This document shows positions 20,375-30,477 of a stretch of 64,000 nt of DNA, one piece after another (within the stretch, counting starts at the first letter, position 1; the number at the start of each line of letters is the position of its first letter). The notes beneath the pieces were generated by a model that was not told where the DNA came from, searched no databases, and was given only the letters and a program-made list of their open reading frames with translations. The DNA comes from an uncultured Planctomycetota bacterium (lineage in GTDB: Bacteria > Planctomycetota > Phycisphaerae > Tepidisphaerales > Tepidisphaeraceae). Where the stretch lies: assembly GCA_963841915.1 (NCBI GenBank), contig CAWJEN010000005.1, positions 1-64,000 on the forward strand, in the 5' to 3' direction. The position numbers and the translations under genes are program-made.

Positions 20375-22338
20375 CGACCGCTCCAACTTCACCAGCCACG
20401 AACTTTACCGATCACGATGACAAGAACGTCAAGCGCTGGGTCGGTCGCGGAATCGGAGGGGCCATTCTGCTCGGGTGCGTGTTGTTCGCCGGTGTGTACT
20501 TCTTCGTAGCTGGCTTCAGTATGCCGGCCTTCGGGGCCGCTCAGGAACAGGATCCGGCGGCGGTGTACGCCATCGAGGCCGAGCGTGGATCGATCGTCAT
20601 CGGCATCGTCGAGACCGGCACCATCAAGGCTGCCGAGCAGACGACGATCAAGAGCGAGATCGAGGGTCAAGCGATGATTCTCGACTTGGTTCCCGAGGGC
20701 GTTCGTGTGGCACAGGGCGACCTGCTGGTCTCGTTCGACACGAGCGGTCTCGAGGACGAGAAGGTGACGGCAGAGATCAAGGTGCGCAACGACGAGAGCG
20801 ACCTGATCCAGGCACAAGAAGAGCTGGCGGTGAAGCTGAACCAGGCAGAGGCCGACGTCTCCGCCGCCGAGCTAGACCTGCGGTTTGCCATCGAGGACAA
20901 CAAGAAGTATCTCGAAGGCGATTTCCCGAAGGACCTCAAGGAAGCCGAGAACAAGATCACGATCGCCCAGGAAGAGTTGCGGCGGTCGGCAGAGACGCGT
21001 CGTGGCAGCGAGCGTCTTTACGAGCAGGGCTTCATCAGTCTGACCGAGCTCGACGCCGACCGACTGAGTGAGCGGAAGAATCAGCTTAATCTCGAGGTGT
21101 CGATCCAGTCGAAGGAGCTGCTCGAAGGCTGGACGCACCGCCGCAAGATCGATGAGTTCGAGAGTGATATCGTGCAGAAGACGATGGCCCTGGAGCGTGC
21201 GAGGCGTAAGGCCAAGGCCGACACCGCACAGGCAGAGGCCCGCGTCGCCGCCAGGGAGGCCGAGTTGCGGCGTGAACAGTTGCGGCTCGATCGGCTCATC
21301 GAGCAGATCGACAAGGGCAAGCTCTACGCGCCGACCGACGGCATGGTCGTCTATGCCACCAGCGGCCGAGGCGGATGGCGCGGCAACGACGAACCGCTCG
21401 AAGCAGGCCAAAGCGTGCGCGAGCGGCAGGAACTCATCAACCTGCCCACCGACCAGGACCGAATCGCTGAAATCAGCATCAACGAGAGCAATCTCGACAA
21501 GGTCGCTGAGGGCATGACCGCTCGCGTGACCCTCGATGCCAAGCCCGACGAGGTCTACTGGGGAATCGTCGAGAAGATCGCACCGCTACCCGACGCGAGC
21601 GTGTCGTTCTTCAACCCGGATCTTAAGGTCTACCCGACGCAGATTCGTATCAAGGGTGAGCACCCGGGTCTGCGGAGTGGCATGAGCTGTCGGGCGGAGA
21701 TCGTTGTCGCCCGGCTCGAGGACGCCGTCAGCGTGCCGGTGCAGAGCGTCGTCCGCATCGCCGGCGTGTCGACCGTCTTCGTCGTCAACGACGACGGCAC
21801 GGTCGAGCCTCGCAAGGTCGTCGTCGGCCCCGACGATAACGCTCGCCAGGTCATCACGAGCGGCCTGGAGGAAGGCGAGCGCGTCTCGCTGACGCCGCCG
21901 TTGCAGGATACGGGCAAGCGGGACGCGATCGGCGTCGACGACTTACCTGAAGGTGCCGGTACGACGCCGATGCCGACGACGAAGCCGGCCGAGGTCGACC
22001 CAGCAGACCTCGAGCCTGTCGTCGTCACCGACTTCCGCGAGATCGGAACGGTCCTCATGAGACGCATGAACGAGGGCGAACGTAAGAAGTATCAGCAGAT
22101 GATGGCTGACCAGGACTTCCAGAAGATGCGCACCTACGGCGGTGCCATGATGAAGAAGTACAAGGTCACGTTTGAGCGGCCCGACAATGGTGAAACGTCG
22201 TCTGGCGACGACGCTGCTTCGGACACAGGTCGCCCTGCCGCTGAGCCAGAACGTGCGGATACGGCGACCCAGAGCACCTCTGACGACGCTTCATCAAGTC
22301 CGCCAACAACCAAACCCAACGAGGCCGCCGGTGAATGA
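20371..22338 (+). CDS. Efflux periplasmic adaptor (MFP) subunit
   Basis: N-terminal TM, VPEGVRVAQGDLL, long coiled coil, APTDGMVVY, LRSGMS, GLEEGERV. Confidence 0.9.
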   Translation: MTTAPTSPATNFTDHDDKNVKRWVGRGIGGAILLGCVLFAGVYFFVAGFSMPAFGAAQEQDPAAVYAIEAERGSIVIGIVETGTIKAAEQTTIKSEIEGQAMILDLVPEGVRVAQGDLLVSFDTSGLEDEKVTAEIKVRNDESDLIQAQEELAVKLNQAEADVSAAELDLRFAIEDNKKYLEGDFPKDLKEAENKITIAQEELRRSAETRRGSERLYEQGFISLTELDADRLSERKNQLNLEVSIQSKELLEGWTHRRKIDEFESDIVQKTMALERARRKAKADTAQAEARVAAREAELRREQLRLDRLIEQIDKGKLYAPTDGMVVYATSGRGGWRGNDEPLEAGQSVRERQELINLPTDQDRIAEISINESNLDKVAEGMTARVTLDAKPDEVYWGIVEKIAPLPDASVSFFNPDLKVYPTQIRIKGEHPGLRSGMSCRAEIVVARLEDAVSVPVQSVVRIAGVSTVFVVNDDGTVEPRKVVVGPDDNARQVITSGLEEGERVSLTPPLQDTGKRDAIGVDDLPEGAGTTPMPTTKPAEVDPADLEPVVVTDFREIGTVLMRRMNEGERKKYQQMMADQDFQKMRTYGGAMMKKYKVTFERPDNGETSSGDDAASDTGRPAAEPERADTATQSTSDDASSSPPTTKPNEAAGE

Positions 22339-23089
22339 TGCAGCCGCGCCACGCGGCGCTTTCGAGCCGGCCGATGATGCCGTCGTGGCCGAGGTGCGTG
22401 ACGTCACCAAGACGTACATCATGGGCCGTGAGCAGGTTCACGCACTCGATGGAGTCACCCTCACATTTCGGCGTGGCGAGTTCGTCAGCCTCATGGGCCC
22501 CAGCGGTAGCGGCAAGAGCACACTGCTCAACCTGCTCGGCACGCTCGACCGGCCGACCACCGGGCAATACTTCCTCGCCGGCCGCGATGTCAGCGGCATG
22601 GCAGACGGTGACTTGTCGGACTTTCGCCTGCAAACGCTCGGCTTCATCTTCCAGAGCTTCAATCTCATCCCGCAGCTCACCGTCCGCGAGAACATCGAGT
22701 TGCCGTTGAGCTATCAGGATGCCGACCCGGCGTTTGCTCGCAGGCGGTCTGCAGAACTAGCCGACCGCGTCGGGCTTGGTGACCGGCTCGATCACCGACC
22801 AAGCGAGCTGTCAGGCGGTCAGCAGCAACGCGTTGCCATCGCCCGCAGCCTTTCCAACGACCCGCCGGTGATCCTCGCCGACGAACCGACCGGCAACCTC
22901 GACTCGGCCACCACCGCGCAGATCATGAAGCTGCTGCTCGAACTCAATGCGAGCGGCAAGACGATCCTGATGGTCACGCACGAACCCGAAATTGCCGAGT
23001 GGACCAAGCGTCATGTCCACATGCGCGATGGGCGCGTCGAGTCAGACGACCTCAATCATGATGTCCGCATGGCAGAGGTTGTTCAATGA
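22331..23089 (+). CDS. ABC transporter ATP-binding protein (MacB/LolD-like)
   Basis: [44 protein letters not shown]. Confidence 0.95.
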   Translation: MNDAAAPRGAFEPADDAVVAEVRDVTKTYIMGREQVHALDGVTLTFRRGEFVSLMGPSGSGKSTLLNLLGTLDRPTTGQYFLAGRDVSGMADGDLSDFRLQTLGFIFQSFNLIPQLTVRENIELPLSYQDADPAFARRRSAELADRVGLGDRLDHRPSELSGGQQQRVAIARSLSNDPPVILADEPTGNLDSATTAQIMKLLLELNASGKTILMVTHEPEIAEWTKRHVHMRDGRVESDDLNHDVRMAEVVQ

Positions 23090-24366
23090 GGCGACTGTTC
23101 AAGAACATCACGCTCGGCATTAAAACGCTGATGCTCCACAAGCTTCGGTCGATCCTGACGATGCTGGGCGTCATCTTCGGCGTCGGTAGCGTGGTGGCAA
23201 TGCTCAGCGTCGGCGAAGGTGCCAGTGCCGCTGCTCTAGCAGAGATAGACAAGCTTGGCGTGCGGAACATCCTTGTCAGCAGCCAGGAACCTGACGGCGC
23301 AGCCGACGGTCAACGGCGTCGACTGACTATCTACGGCATCACCTACGCCGATGCCGATCGCCTCGCGTCGCTGCCGCTCATCGAGCGTGTCGTACCCGCC
23401 AAAGCGGTCCGTAAACAAGGTCGACTTGGCGACGTGACGGTCGAACTCCGGCTTGTCGGCACGACGCCTGGCTGGGCAGAACTCGTCAGCCGAAACCTCA
23501 TTGCCGGTCGGCACCTCGCTCCGAGCGACAGTGATGGCCGCCGAAATGTCGTCATCCTTACTGAACAAGGTGCCCGCAAACTCCTGGCCGGGCAGGGCAC
23601 GGTCGGCAAGCAAATCGTCATCGGTGGCGGCAGTTACGAGGTGGCAGGCATCGTCGAGTCAGCCGCCAGCGTGAGCGAAGAGGGCGGCGGCGGTGGCGCA
23701 TCGGGTGGCGTGCCGACGCCCGACGAAAACGTCGACGCTTACGTCCCGCTGCCGTTGCTGAAGGAACGGCTGGGCGATGTCGTCGTCGAGAACACGTCCG
23801 GCTCGTTCAAGCGTGAGCAGGTCGAGCTGCACCAGGTCATCGTCGAAGTGGCCGACCCCAAGGCCGTGCCGGGCGTGGCGGCGGGCGTGCGTCGTATGTT
23901 CGAGAAGTTCCACGAGAAGGGCGACTTCCGCATGACCGTCCCGCTCGAGCTGCTGCGACAGGCCGAGGCGACGAAGCGGCGCAGCAACATCGTGCTCGGC
24001 AGCATTGCCGGGATCAGTCTGCTCGTCGGTGGCATCGGGATCATGAACATCATGCTCGCCAGCGTCACCGAACGCACCCGCGAGATCGGCATCCGCCGAG
24101 CCATCGGTGCCCGGCGCGGCCAGATCATCCAGCAGTTCCTCATCGAGACGGTCGTGCTCTCCACCGCCGGCGGGGCGATCGGCGTCGCGCTGGGCGTGAC
24201 TATCCCAGAGATCATCGAGCGATACGCCGACATGCGCACGATCGTCCAGCCGTGGATGGTCGGCCTGAGCCTCGGCATCAGTGTCCTGACTGGCATCGTT
24301 TTCGGCCTCTACCCGGCCGTCCGGGCGGCGAACCTCGATCCGATCCAGGCGCTGCGGCACGTCTGA
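23086..24366 (+). CDS. ABC transporter permease (MacB/FtsX-like)
   Basis: RSILTMLGVIFGVGSVVAM; GGIGIMNIMLASVTERTREIGIRRAIGA; PIQALR. Confidence 0.95.
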   Translation: MRRLFKNITLGIKTLMLHKLRSILTMLGVIFGVGSVVAMLSVGEGASAAALAEIDKLGVRNILVSSQEPDGAADGQRRRLTIYGITYADADRLASLPLIERVVPAKAVRKQGRLGDVTVELRLVGTTPGWAELVSRNLIAGRHLAPSDSDGRRNVVILTEQGARKLLAGQGTVGKQIVIGGGSYEVAGIVESAASVSEEGGGGGASGGVPTPDENVDAYVPLPLLKERLGDVVVENTSGSFKREQVELHQVIVEVADPKAVPGVAAGVRRMFEKFHEKGDFRMTVPLELLRQAEATKRRSNIVLGSIAGISLLVGGIGIMNIMLASVTERTREIGIRRAIGARRGQIIQQFLIETVVLSTAGGAIGVALGVTIPEIIERYADMRTIVQPWMVGLSLGISVLTGIVFGLYPAVRAANLDPIQALRHV

Positions 24367-24375
24367 TGTCGTGCC

Positions 24376-24756
24376 TTACTTCGTCATGAACGCCCACTGC
24401 GTCTTGTCGACCGGGACCACGCTCAGCCGCGACTGCTTGACAAGGTCCCAGTCGGCGAACCGCTTGTCGGCCTTCACGTTGGCAAGTGTTTTGGGCCGCT
24501 CGATGCGTCGCTCGAACTTGATGTCGACGACGTCAATGCCGTCCTTCTTGTACGGCTGGCCGACCGTCTCTGCGATGGCGAGGGCCGCCTTCTCTTTGCC
24601 GGTGTGGTAGATCAGGCACTTGTCGCCCGGCTTCATCGCGCGGACGTTTTTGAGGGCCGCGTTGTTGCCAATGCCGTCCCAGCAGGTGCCACCGTCGCGC
24701 TCGAGGTCGTCGACGCTGTAGTCGGTCGGTTCGGTCTTAAGAAGCCAGGCGGCCAT
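24376..24756 (-). CDS. EVE domain protein
   Basis: WLLKTEP, WDGIGNNAA, MKPGD, YHTG, RLSVVPV. Confidence 0.92.
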   Translation of the reverse strand: MAAWLLKTEPTDYSVDDLERDGGTCWDGIGNNAALKNVRAMKPGDKCLIYHTGKEKAALAIAETVGQPYKKDGIDVVDIKFERRIERPKTLANVKADKRFADWDLVKQSRLSVVPVDKTQWAFMTK

Positions 24757-24792
24757 GGCAGCACGGTACGGCCGTTGCAAAGGCGGCAAGGC

Positions 24793-25077
24793 ATGACGCA
24801 ACTCATCGGCTGGGCCGCCTCGGCCGTCCTCGTCTGCACCATCGGCAGCCAGGTCTTCAAGCAGTGGCATGACGACACGAGCAAGGGCGTCAGCCTCTAC
24901 CTCTTCCTCGGCCAAATACTCGCCAACGGCCTGTTCCTGACGTACGCCAGCCTCACCGGCGACGTTGTCTTCATCGTCGCCAACGCGTTGCTCCTCGTCA
25001 CCAGCCTCGTCGGCCTGGCGATCAAGTACCGCCATCAGCAACGCGGCGAGTCTCCATCAACTGCCGAAGCTCAGTAG
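24793..25077 (+). CDS. PQ-loop/SemiSWEET-like small membrane protein
   Basis: Three TM helices: IGWAAS...QVFKQW..TSKGVS...VFIVANA. Confidence 0.8.
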   Translation: MTQLIGWAASAVLVCTIGSQVFKQWHDDTSKGVSLYLFLGQILANGLFLTYASLTGDVVFIVANALLLVTSLVGLAIKYRHQQRGESPSTAEAQ

Positions 25078-25679
25078 CTCCGTAGCACGCCGATGACGAC
25101 CCCTTGCACGCGCACCTCCTCGGCCGGCACGATGCGTGGTTCCATGGTGTGATTCGCCGGCTGCAGCCGAACGTTGCGGCCTTCGGCGTAGAAGCGCTTC
25201 AGTGTCGCCTCGCCGCTGTCGAGCAGGGCGACGACCTGTTCACCGTTTCGGCACGACTCGCGCCGCTCGACCACGACGTAGTCGCCGTCACAAAGGTGAT
25301 CTTCGATCATGCTCTCGCCGCGCACCTTGAGCACAAAGACGCCGTTAGGCCGGTTGTAGAGTTGCTCGAGGTCGAGTTCTTCGCGGTTTTCGACAGCTTC
25401 GATGGGCGAACCTGCCGCAATGGAGCCGACGAGCGGCAACTTGCTGCCGCGGTCTTCGTCCGGCAGCAACTCATCCGACGTGATGGTCAGCGAGCGGGCC
25501 TTGTGCTTATCGCGGGTGAGCAACCCCTTCTTTTCAAGGGCACCGACGTGTTCGAAGACAGTGACCTTGCTGGTGCCGAGCTGGTCGGCCAGCTCCTGCA
25601 TGGTCGGAGCGACGCCGTTGAGATAGCGGTAGTCGCGGATAGCGACAAGGACGTCGAGCTGGCGGGGCGTGAGGTTCAT
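25071..25679 (-). CDS. lexA: SOS repressor LexA
   Basis: LTPRQ, PTMQEL, IAAG|SP cleavage site, VRGESM (Ser), EATLKR (Lys). Confidence 0.96.
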   Translation of the reverse strand: MNLTPRQLDVLVAIRDYRYLNGVAPTMQELADQLGTSKVTVFEHVGALEKKGLLTRDKHKARSLTITSDELLPDEDRGSKLPLVGSIAAGSPIEAVENREELDLEQLYNRPNGVFVLKVRGESMIEDHLCDGDYVVVERRESCRNGEQVVALLDSGEATLKRFYAEGRNVRLQPANHTMEPRIVPAEEVRVQGVVIGVLRSY

Positions 25680-25771
25680 GGCGAGTCGAAGAGGCCGATG
25701 GAAGGTCGTGGACCGTACGGAACGTGTTCCGGCGGACATTAACCAAACAGACCATGCCCCGTCAACCTCCC

Positions 25772-25783
25772 GAACAATTGTTC
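25772..25783. promoter_or_regulatory. Candidate LexA operator GAAC-AATT-GTTC
   Basis: Perfect palindrome ~93 bp upstream of the lexA start. Confidence 0.55.
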
Positions 25784-25800
25784 ATCGGGCAATATTGAAT

Positions 25801-25830
25801 CGGCGGCCGACGCGGGTGCGTCGGCCGCCG
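25801..25830 (-). terminator. GC-rich hairpin downstream of rnpB
   Basis: cggcggccgacgc-gggt-gcgtcggccgccg, 13-bp stem, followed on the - strand by an A/T-rich tract. Confidence 0.65.
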
Positions 25831-25840
25831 CTTGTAATGT

Positions 25841-26262
25841 GGTGCGAACCGTCATAAGCCGAGTTTTGTGCCTCCACACAGCGTGCGGAGGTGCGGTCAT
25901 TTCTCTGGGACGACGATCGCTCGTCGCCTCGTCGGATCGCAAGCGATCCAGTAGCGGCCTACCCGCGGGCACACGCGTCGGGCCGACGCGACTGTTGCCA
26001 GTGTCCCGCTGTTTGGCCTTGCTGCCGGTGGGGTTTGCCCTGCCACCTTCGTCGCCGAAGGCGCGGTGCGCTCTTACCGCACCTTTTCACCCTTACCTCG
26101 TGAGAGGCGGTTTGTTTTCTGTGGCACTTTCCGTCGATCGTAAAATCGCCTTGCCGTTAGCAAGCACCGTTACCCACGCGGAGTCAGAGCCTCCGCTTCT
26201 GCAGTTCGGACTTTCCTCACGCCGGACGCAAGGCCCGACGCGCGACCGCTCGGGGCCGCACC
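25841..26262 (-). ncRNA. rnpB: RNase P RNA (type A)
   Basis: Minus strand has GAGGAAAGTCCGAAC, GGAAAGTGCCACAGAAAA, GGTGAAAAGGTGCGGTAAGAGCGCACCG, GGCAAACCCCACC..GCAAG and ACAAAACTCGGCTTAT; the ends GGTGCGG/TTCGCACC pair as P1. Confidence 0.96.
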
Positions 26263-26281
26263 GCCCGTAGTCTAGCCGCTT

Positions 26282-27112
26282 ATGTCTCCGCACCTTCGCC
26301 AATTGCTCGGGCTCGACGCGTCGCCGCTGTTCATCATCGCAGGGCCCTGTGTGATCGAGTCGTTTGACCTGTGCGTACGAGTTGGCGAGACGATGAAAGC
26401 CGCCTGTGAAGCGGCGGGTGTGACGTACATCTTCAAAGCCAGCTTCGACAAGGCCAACCGTTCCAGTGCGGCCAGCTTTCGCGGGCCGGGCATCGACGAA
26501 GGGCTCGACGTACTCGCCAAAGTCAAAGATGCGCTATGCGTCCCGACGCTGACGGACGTGCACGAGCCCGACCATCCCAGGGCAGCGGCGGAGACTGTCG
26601 ATGTGCTCCAGGTGCCTGCATTTCTCGCCCGGCAGACAAGCCTGCTCAAAGCCTGTGGCGAAACCGGCCTTGCCGTCAACATCAAGAAGGGCCAGTTCAT
26701 GGCTCCGGTCGAGATGCAGACGGCGGCAGATAAAGTGCGGTCGACCGGCAACGACAACGTCATGCTCTGCGAACGCGGCACCTTCTTCGGATACGGCCGC
26801 CTCGTCAACGACTTCACCGGGCTCCGCACCATGAGCGATGTCGGCTGCCCCGTCGTCTTCGACGCGACCCACTCGACGCAGACACCCGCCAGCCTCGGCG
26901 GGGCGAGCGGGGGCGACCCGACGATGGCGCCGATCCTGGCCCGAGCGGCCGTCGCGGCGGGGGTTGAGGGCTTGTTTGTCGAGTGTCACCCCGAACCGTC
27001 AAAGGCGCTGAGCGATGCCGCGAGCATGATGCCGCTGGCTGAGGCGGCGGCGCTGGTCGGACAGCTGTCCGAGTTGGCCCGTTTGACGGCGTCCTGGGCT
27101 CGAGTCGCTTGA
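26282..27112 (+). CDS. kdsA: KDO-8-phosphate synthase
   Basis: IAGPCVIES, FKASFDKANRSS, LTDVHE, QVPAFLARQT, NIKKGQF, VFDATHS. Confidence 0.96.
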   Translation: MSPHLRQLLGLDASPLFIIAGPCVIESFDLCVRVGETMKAACEAAGVTYIFKASFDKANRSSAASFRGPGIDEGLDVLAKVKDALCVPTLTDVHEPDHPRAAAETVDVLQVPAFLARQTSLLKACGETGLAVNIKKGQFMAPVEMQTAADKVRSTGNDNVMLCERGTFFGYGRLVNDFTGLRTMSDVGCPVVFDATHSTQTPASLGGASGGDPTMAPILARAAVAAGVEGLFVECHPEPSKALSDAASMMPLAEAAALVGQLSELARLTASWARVA

Positions 27113-27178
27113 GGTTTGGACGTTCTACCGTGCCGCATGGCTTGGCGCGAACGTGACGAGACGCCGAGACGACGGCTG

Positions 27179-27577
27179 ATGTTGGAGCTGTTGGCCGGCA
27201 CGTATGCCGTATGTCGTCTACCGACGGGTACGCCAGTCGACCGGGTGACGGACGAATTTCTAGTCATTATTCGATCGACGGGAGAGTCGCAAGGTACGAC
27301 GCTGGTCTGTTACGAGCCCGACGCCCCAGCTGGTGCCGAGATTGATCGCGGTTGGCACGTGATCAAGATTCAGGGCACGTTCGACTTCGGCGAAGTCGGC
27401 GTTTTGGCGGCGGTGCTGGTCCCGCTGGCCAAGGCACAGGTGCCGGCCCTGGTGATGGCGAGCTTCGAGACCGACTACGTCCTGGTCAAGGCCCATCGGC
27501 TCGACCGCGTACGCGACGCACTGACTGATGCAGGGCACACGCTGTCCGACCCGGCGGGACTGCTGGGTTCGGCGTGA
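27179..27577 (+). CDS. ACT domain protein
   Basis: GTFDFGEVGVLAAV...SFETDYVLVK; start uncertain. Confidence 0.82.
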   Translation: MLELLAGTYAVCRLPTGTPVDRVTDEFLVIIRSTGESQGTTLVCYEPDAPAGAEIDRGWHVIKIQGTFDFGEVGVLAAVLVPLAKAQVPALVMASFETDYVLVKAHRLDRVRDALTDAGHTLSDPAGLLGSA

Positions 27578-27580
27578 GGA

Positions 27581-28585
27581 TCAGGCAGCGCGGATGAGGC
27601 CGTCGTCGCCGGTAAGGTGATCGATAAGCCGTCGGCCGTCGCGGGCAAGCCTGACGCGGCGGACCGATGCGGTGGTGGCGAGGCGTTGGATGAACCGCTG
27701 CGACGCCGGGTGGATCGTCGGCAGGGGCCAGGCCCGCTTGACAGCGGCGATGGTGCCGCGACCAAGGATCGGCGTGGATGTGACAACATCATCCCGTTGC
27801 GACTCCGCCAGGTAAACGTTCTGGCACGAGGCGCGGCGGCAAGTTAATCGGTCACCGCTGCCGAAGTAGACCATGTCGGTGTGCTGCCGAAGCGGTCGTC
27901 GAGACGAGCGGCCGAGTGCGGTGCCGGGCATGGTGAGCAGGTCGATGCCGCGAGACTCTTCACGAAGGGCGGTCCAGCGGGGACCGATGAGCCGGATCGG
28001 CGGGCCGACGGCTGCGGCTTCGCGGTCGTCACCGCCTGGGCTCAGCAACAGCGTTCCTAGGCCGTCCGACCCTGCAAGCGACGTCGCCGGCACAAGGTGC
28101 AAGCCGTGACCCGCCAACAGGTGAGACAGCGGCCACCAAACCGTCGCCTCGAACAGACGCGTCGCGTCAAGACGCGGCTCCGGCAGCACGTGCGACCGCC
28201 AGCGGCCACGGACTAAATCGACCTCAGTAAGACCCCAACGTTCATCAACATGCCAGTAACGGTCACCGCCGGGGCAACGGAAAAGTTCGTAAAGTGGGTG
28301 AAAGGCTACGTCACCAGGACAGACTCGGACCGCTTCGGCGTCGACGCGGCGTAGCACGTCGTCGCCGTTGTACGTGCACACCGCGCCGTCGATCGGCTCG
28401 AACGGCAGCTCGTCCTCCGCCAACTGCGACAGCAAATCAGCCGCCGGACCGGCGACAAGCGGGTGCTCGACCCGCAATCGAACGCCTTGGCCGTGGAGAC
28501 AGAACAACGCCGGCACGGACGGCGCAGCAGGAAAAGCGGGGGCACAGCCAGGCATCGTCACCCGTTGCATCGGATGTTGCGGCAC
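27581..28585 (-). CDS. Hypothetical protein
   Basis: 334-aa ORF filling the gap between neighbours; no recognised motif. Confidence 0.6.
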   Translation of the reverse strand: MPQHPMQRVTMPGCAPAFPAAPSVPALFCLHGQGVRLRVEHPLVAGPAADLLSQLAEDELPFEPIDGAVCTYNGDDVLRRVDAEAVRVCPGDVAFHPLYELFRCPGGDRYWHVDERWGLTEVDLVRGRWRSHVLPEPRLDATRLFEATVWWPLSHLLAGHGLHLVPATSLAGSDGLGTLLLSPGGDDREAAAVGPPIRLIGPRWTALREESRGIDLLTMPGTALGRSSRRPLRQHTDMVYFGSGDRLTCRRASCQNVYLAESQRDDVVTSTPILGRGTIAAVKRAWPLPTIHPASQRFIQRLATTASVRRVRLARDGRRLIDHLTGDDGLIRAA

Positions 28586-28632
28586 TTGCCCTGAACCCGA
28601 AAAGGTTCAACTTGTACCGATTGTGCGGGCAT

Positions 28633-29112
28633 TTACCTGCGGAGATCCGATTCGCCGAGAATGCGGAAGTTCTTACGCATCAGGATCCTCTGTGCAAAGA
28701 CAATGTCATCGACGTAGATGGCAATCGCCGGCTCGGCGTGCGCGCGGAGCAGCGGGTAGGCGTAGTGGATGTTCACCTCCGCCGCCAGGAGCGCCTGGGC
28801 GATGTGGATCATCGGCACCCGCGTCGTCGTAGGCACTTCAACGGCCAAGACGGCCGTCTCGCTGAAGCTGAAGTGGTTGTCCCGCAAACAGGTACGAGCG
28901 TCTTCGGGATCACTGGCAATGAGCCGCATGAGCGAGATGTCGGTCGATTCTTCGACGGAGAACGCGTTGATGCGAAGGCCGGCTGACTCGAACTTGTTGA
29001 GCAGCAATGCCATCTTGCCCACGCGGTTCTCGAGGAACACGGTGAATTGGCGAACACTGGCCGGCTCATAGCCGCTGCCGTGCTCTGTTTTGGGCGGCAC
29101 AACCGTCTGCAT
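28633..29112 (-). CDS. Tandem ACT domain protein
   Basis: RQFTVFLENRVG...INAFS...EVNIHYAYP. Confidence 0.85.
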   Translation of the reverse strand: MQTVVPPKTEHGSGYEPASVRQFTVFLENRVGKMALLLNKFESAGLRINAFSVEESTDISLMRLIASDPEDARTCLRDNHFSFSETAVLAVEVPTTTRVPMIHIAQALLAAEVNIHYAYPLLRAHAEPAIAIYVDDIVFAQRILMRKNFRILGESDLRR

Positions 29113-29169
29113 CTGCAGTAGCCTAGCGATTCGCGACGCAGCGGCTAGGTGCAAGTTCGCATGCGTCTG

Positions 29170-29526
29170 TTATCGACCCTCACGTCGAGCAGCCAGTCGG
29201 ATCCGCTTCCGCTTGGGCTTACGCCCGTCGGTTGCGACGCTGAAGACTCGGTCCGCTTTCTGCTTCCTGGCCCACGTCAAGAACCCGCTCATCCGCGGCG
29301 ACGACCGCAGGGCTTCAACGCTATGAAAGCCGTCGTCTAGTTCCTTGTTGGTGAAGCTCGCATGTACCTGCCTGTGGCAGGTGCGACAGGTCGGCACCCG
29401 CACCTCCGCTCCGCCGCCACGACTCTTGGGCTTGAGGTGATGGAGCGTGATCAACCGACCAGGCACGGCCCGCTGACACAGCACGCACACGACCAGTTCC
29501 GACGCTTCATACCGAGGCACGCCCAT
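29170..29526 (-). CDS. Small HNH endonuclease-like protein
   Basis: CVLC...HHLKPKSRGG...CRTCHRQVH. Confidence 0.85.
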   Translation of the reverse strand: MGVPRYEASELVVCVLCQRAVPGRLITLHHLKPKSRGGGAEVRVPTCRTCHRQVHASFTNKELDDGFHSVEALRSSPRMSGFLTWARKQKADRVFSVATDGRKPKRKRIRLAARREGR

Positions 29527-29585
29527 CTTACGCGTGAAGATGTCGTCCGTTCGTTTCAGGCAACGAACGTGACCTAAGAATGGTC

Positions 29586-30380
29586 ATGCCAACCTTTGGA
29601 TTTTGCACGGGCTTCGAAAACGCCCGCCTGATTGCCGACAGCGGCTTCGACTACATCGAGCCCAGCATCCAAACGTTCTTCCAAGGCGAGGTCGCCGACG
29701 CCGAGTATGCGGGCGTTGACGCGGTACGCGGTGACTGCCCGCTGCCGGTGAAAGCCTGCAACATGATCGCACCTCGCAGCATGAAGCTGACCGGGCCCGA
29801 TGTCGATCTTGATAGGATCAAAACGTACCTGACCCGCGTCATGCGACGCGCTGGCGAGGCCGGCGTCAAGACCCTCGTGTTCGGTAGTGGTGGCGCGCGC
29901 AACATCCCCGACGGTACCGCACGAGAAGAGGCACGCATTCAGCTCATCGACTTCCTCTCGATCGCAGCGCCGTTGGCTCAGTCGGGCGATGTCACCGTCG
30001 TCATCGAGCCTCTCCAGCGAAGCGAAAGCAACGTGCTCAACGGCGTCGCAGAGACGATGACGTATGTTCGCGAGCTCAACCACCCGAACGTGCGATGCCT
30101 TGTCGACAGCTACCACCACTGGCAGGAAGGTGAGTCGCTAGCAGATGTCGAAGAAGCGGGCGAAGCGATCCATCACGTCCACGTGGCAGACAAGAAGGAC
30201 CGCGTGCTCCCGTTCGTCAACGAGTCGTCAAACCCGACGTCATACAAAGCTTTCTTCAAGACGCTCAAGAAGTCGAACTACGACGGCGGCATCAGCATGG
30301 AGTGCGGCGAGTGGCCCAAAGAACAGAAAGCGCTTGAGAAGTCGCTCGCAAAGCTCCGTCAAGCCTGGGACGCGGCGTGA
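29586..30380 (+). CDS. Sugar phosphate isomerase/epimerase (TIM barrel)
   Basis: GFDYIE, VFGSGGAR, IEPL, DSYH, HVHVAD, ISME. Confidence 0.9.
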   Translation: MPTFGFCTGFENARLIADSGFDYIEPSIQTFFQGEVADAEYAGVDAVRGDCPLPVKACNMIAPRSMKLTGPDVDLDRIKTYLTRVMRRAGEAGVKTLVFGSGGARNIPDGTAREEARIQLIDFLSIAAPLAQSGDVTVVIEPLQRSESNVLNGVAETMTYVRELNHPNVRCLVDSYHHWQEGESLADVEEAGEAIHHVHVADKKDRVLPFVNESSNPTSYKAFFKTLKKSNYDGGISMECGEWPKEQKALEKSLAKLRQAWDAA

Positions 30381-30477
30381 GCCAAGCCTCCTGGTGAATT
30401 ATCAGCCTCCGCGCCGGCCATTCACTGTAGAGACCGATAATCCGCATTATGTGAAATCGGCCGGTCTTTGCACGGCA

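Noticed and set aside
25839..26302. ORFs overlapping 25.8-26.3 kb
   Set aside because: The region is the RNase P RNA gene.
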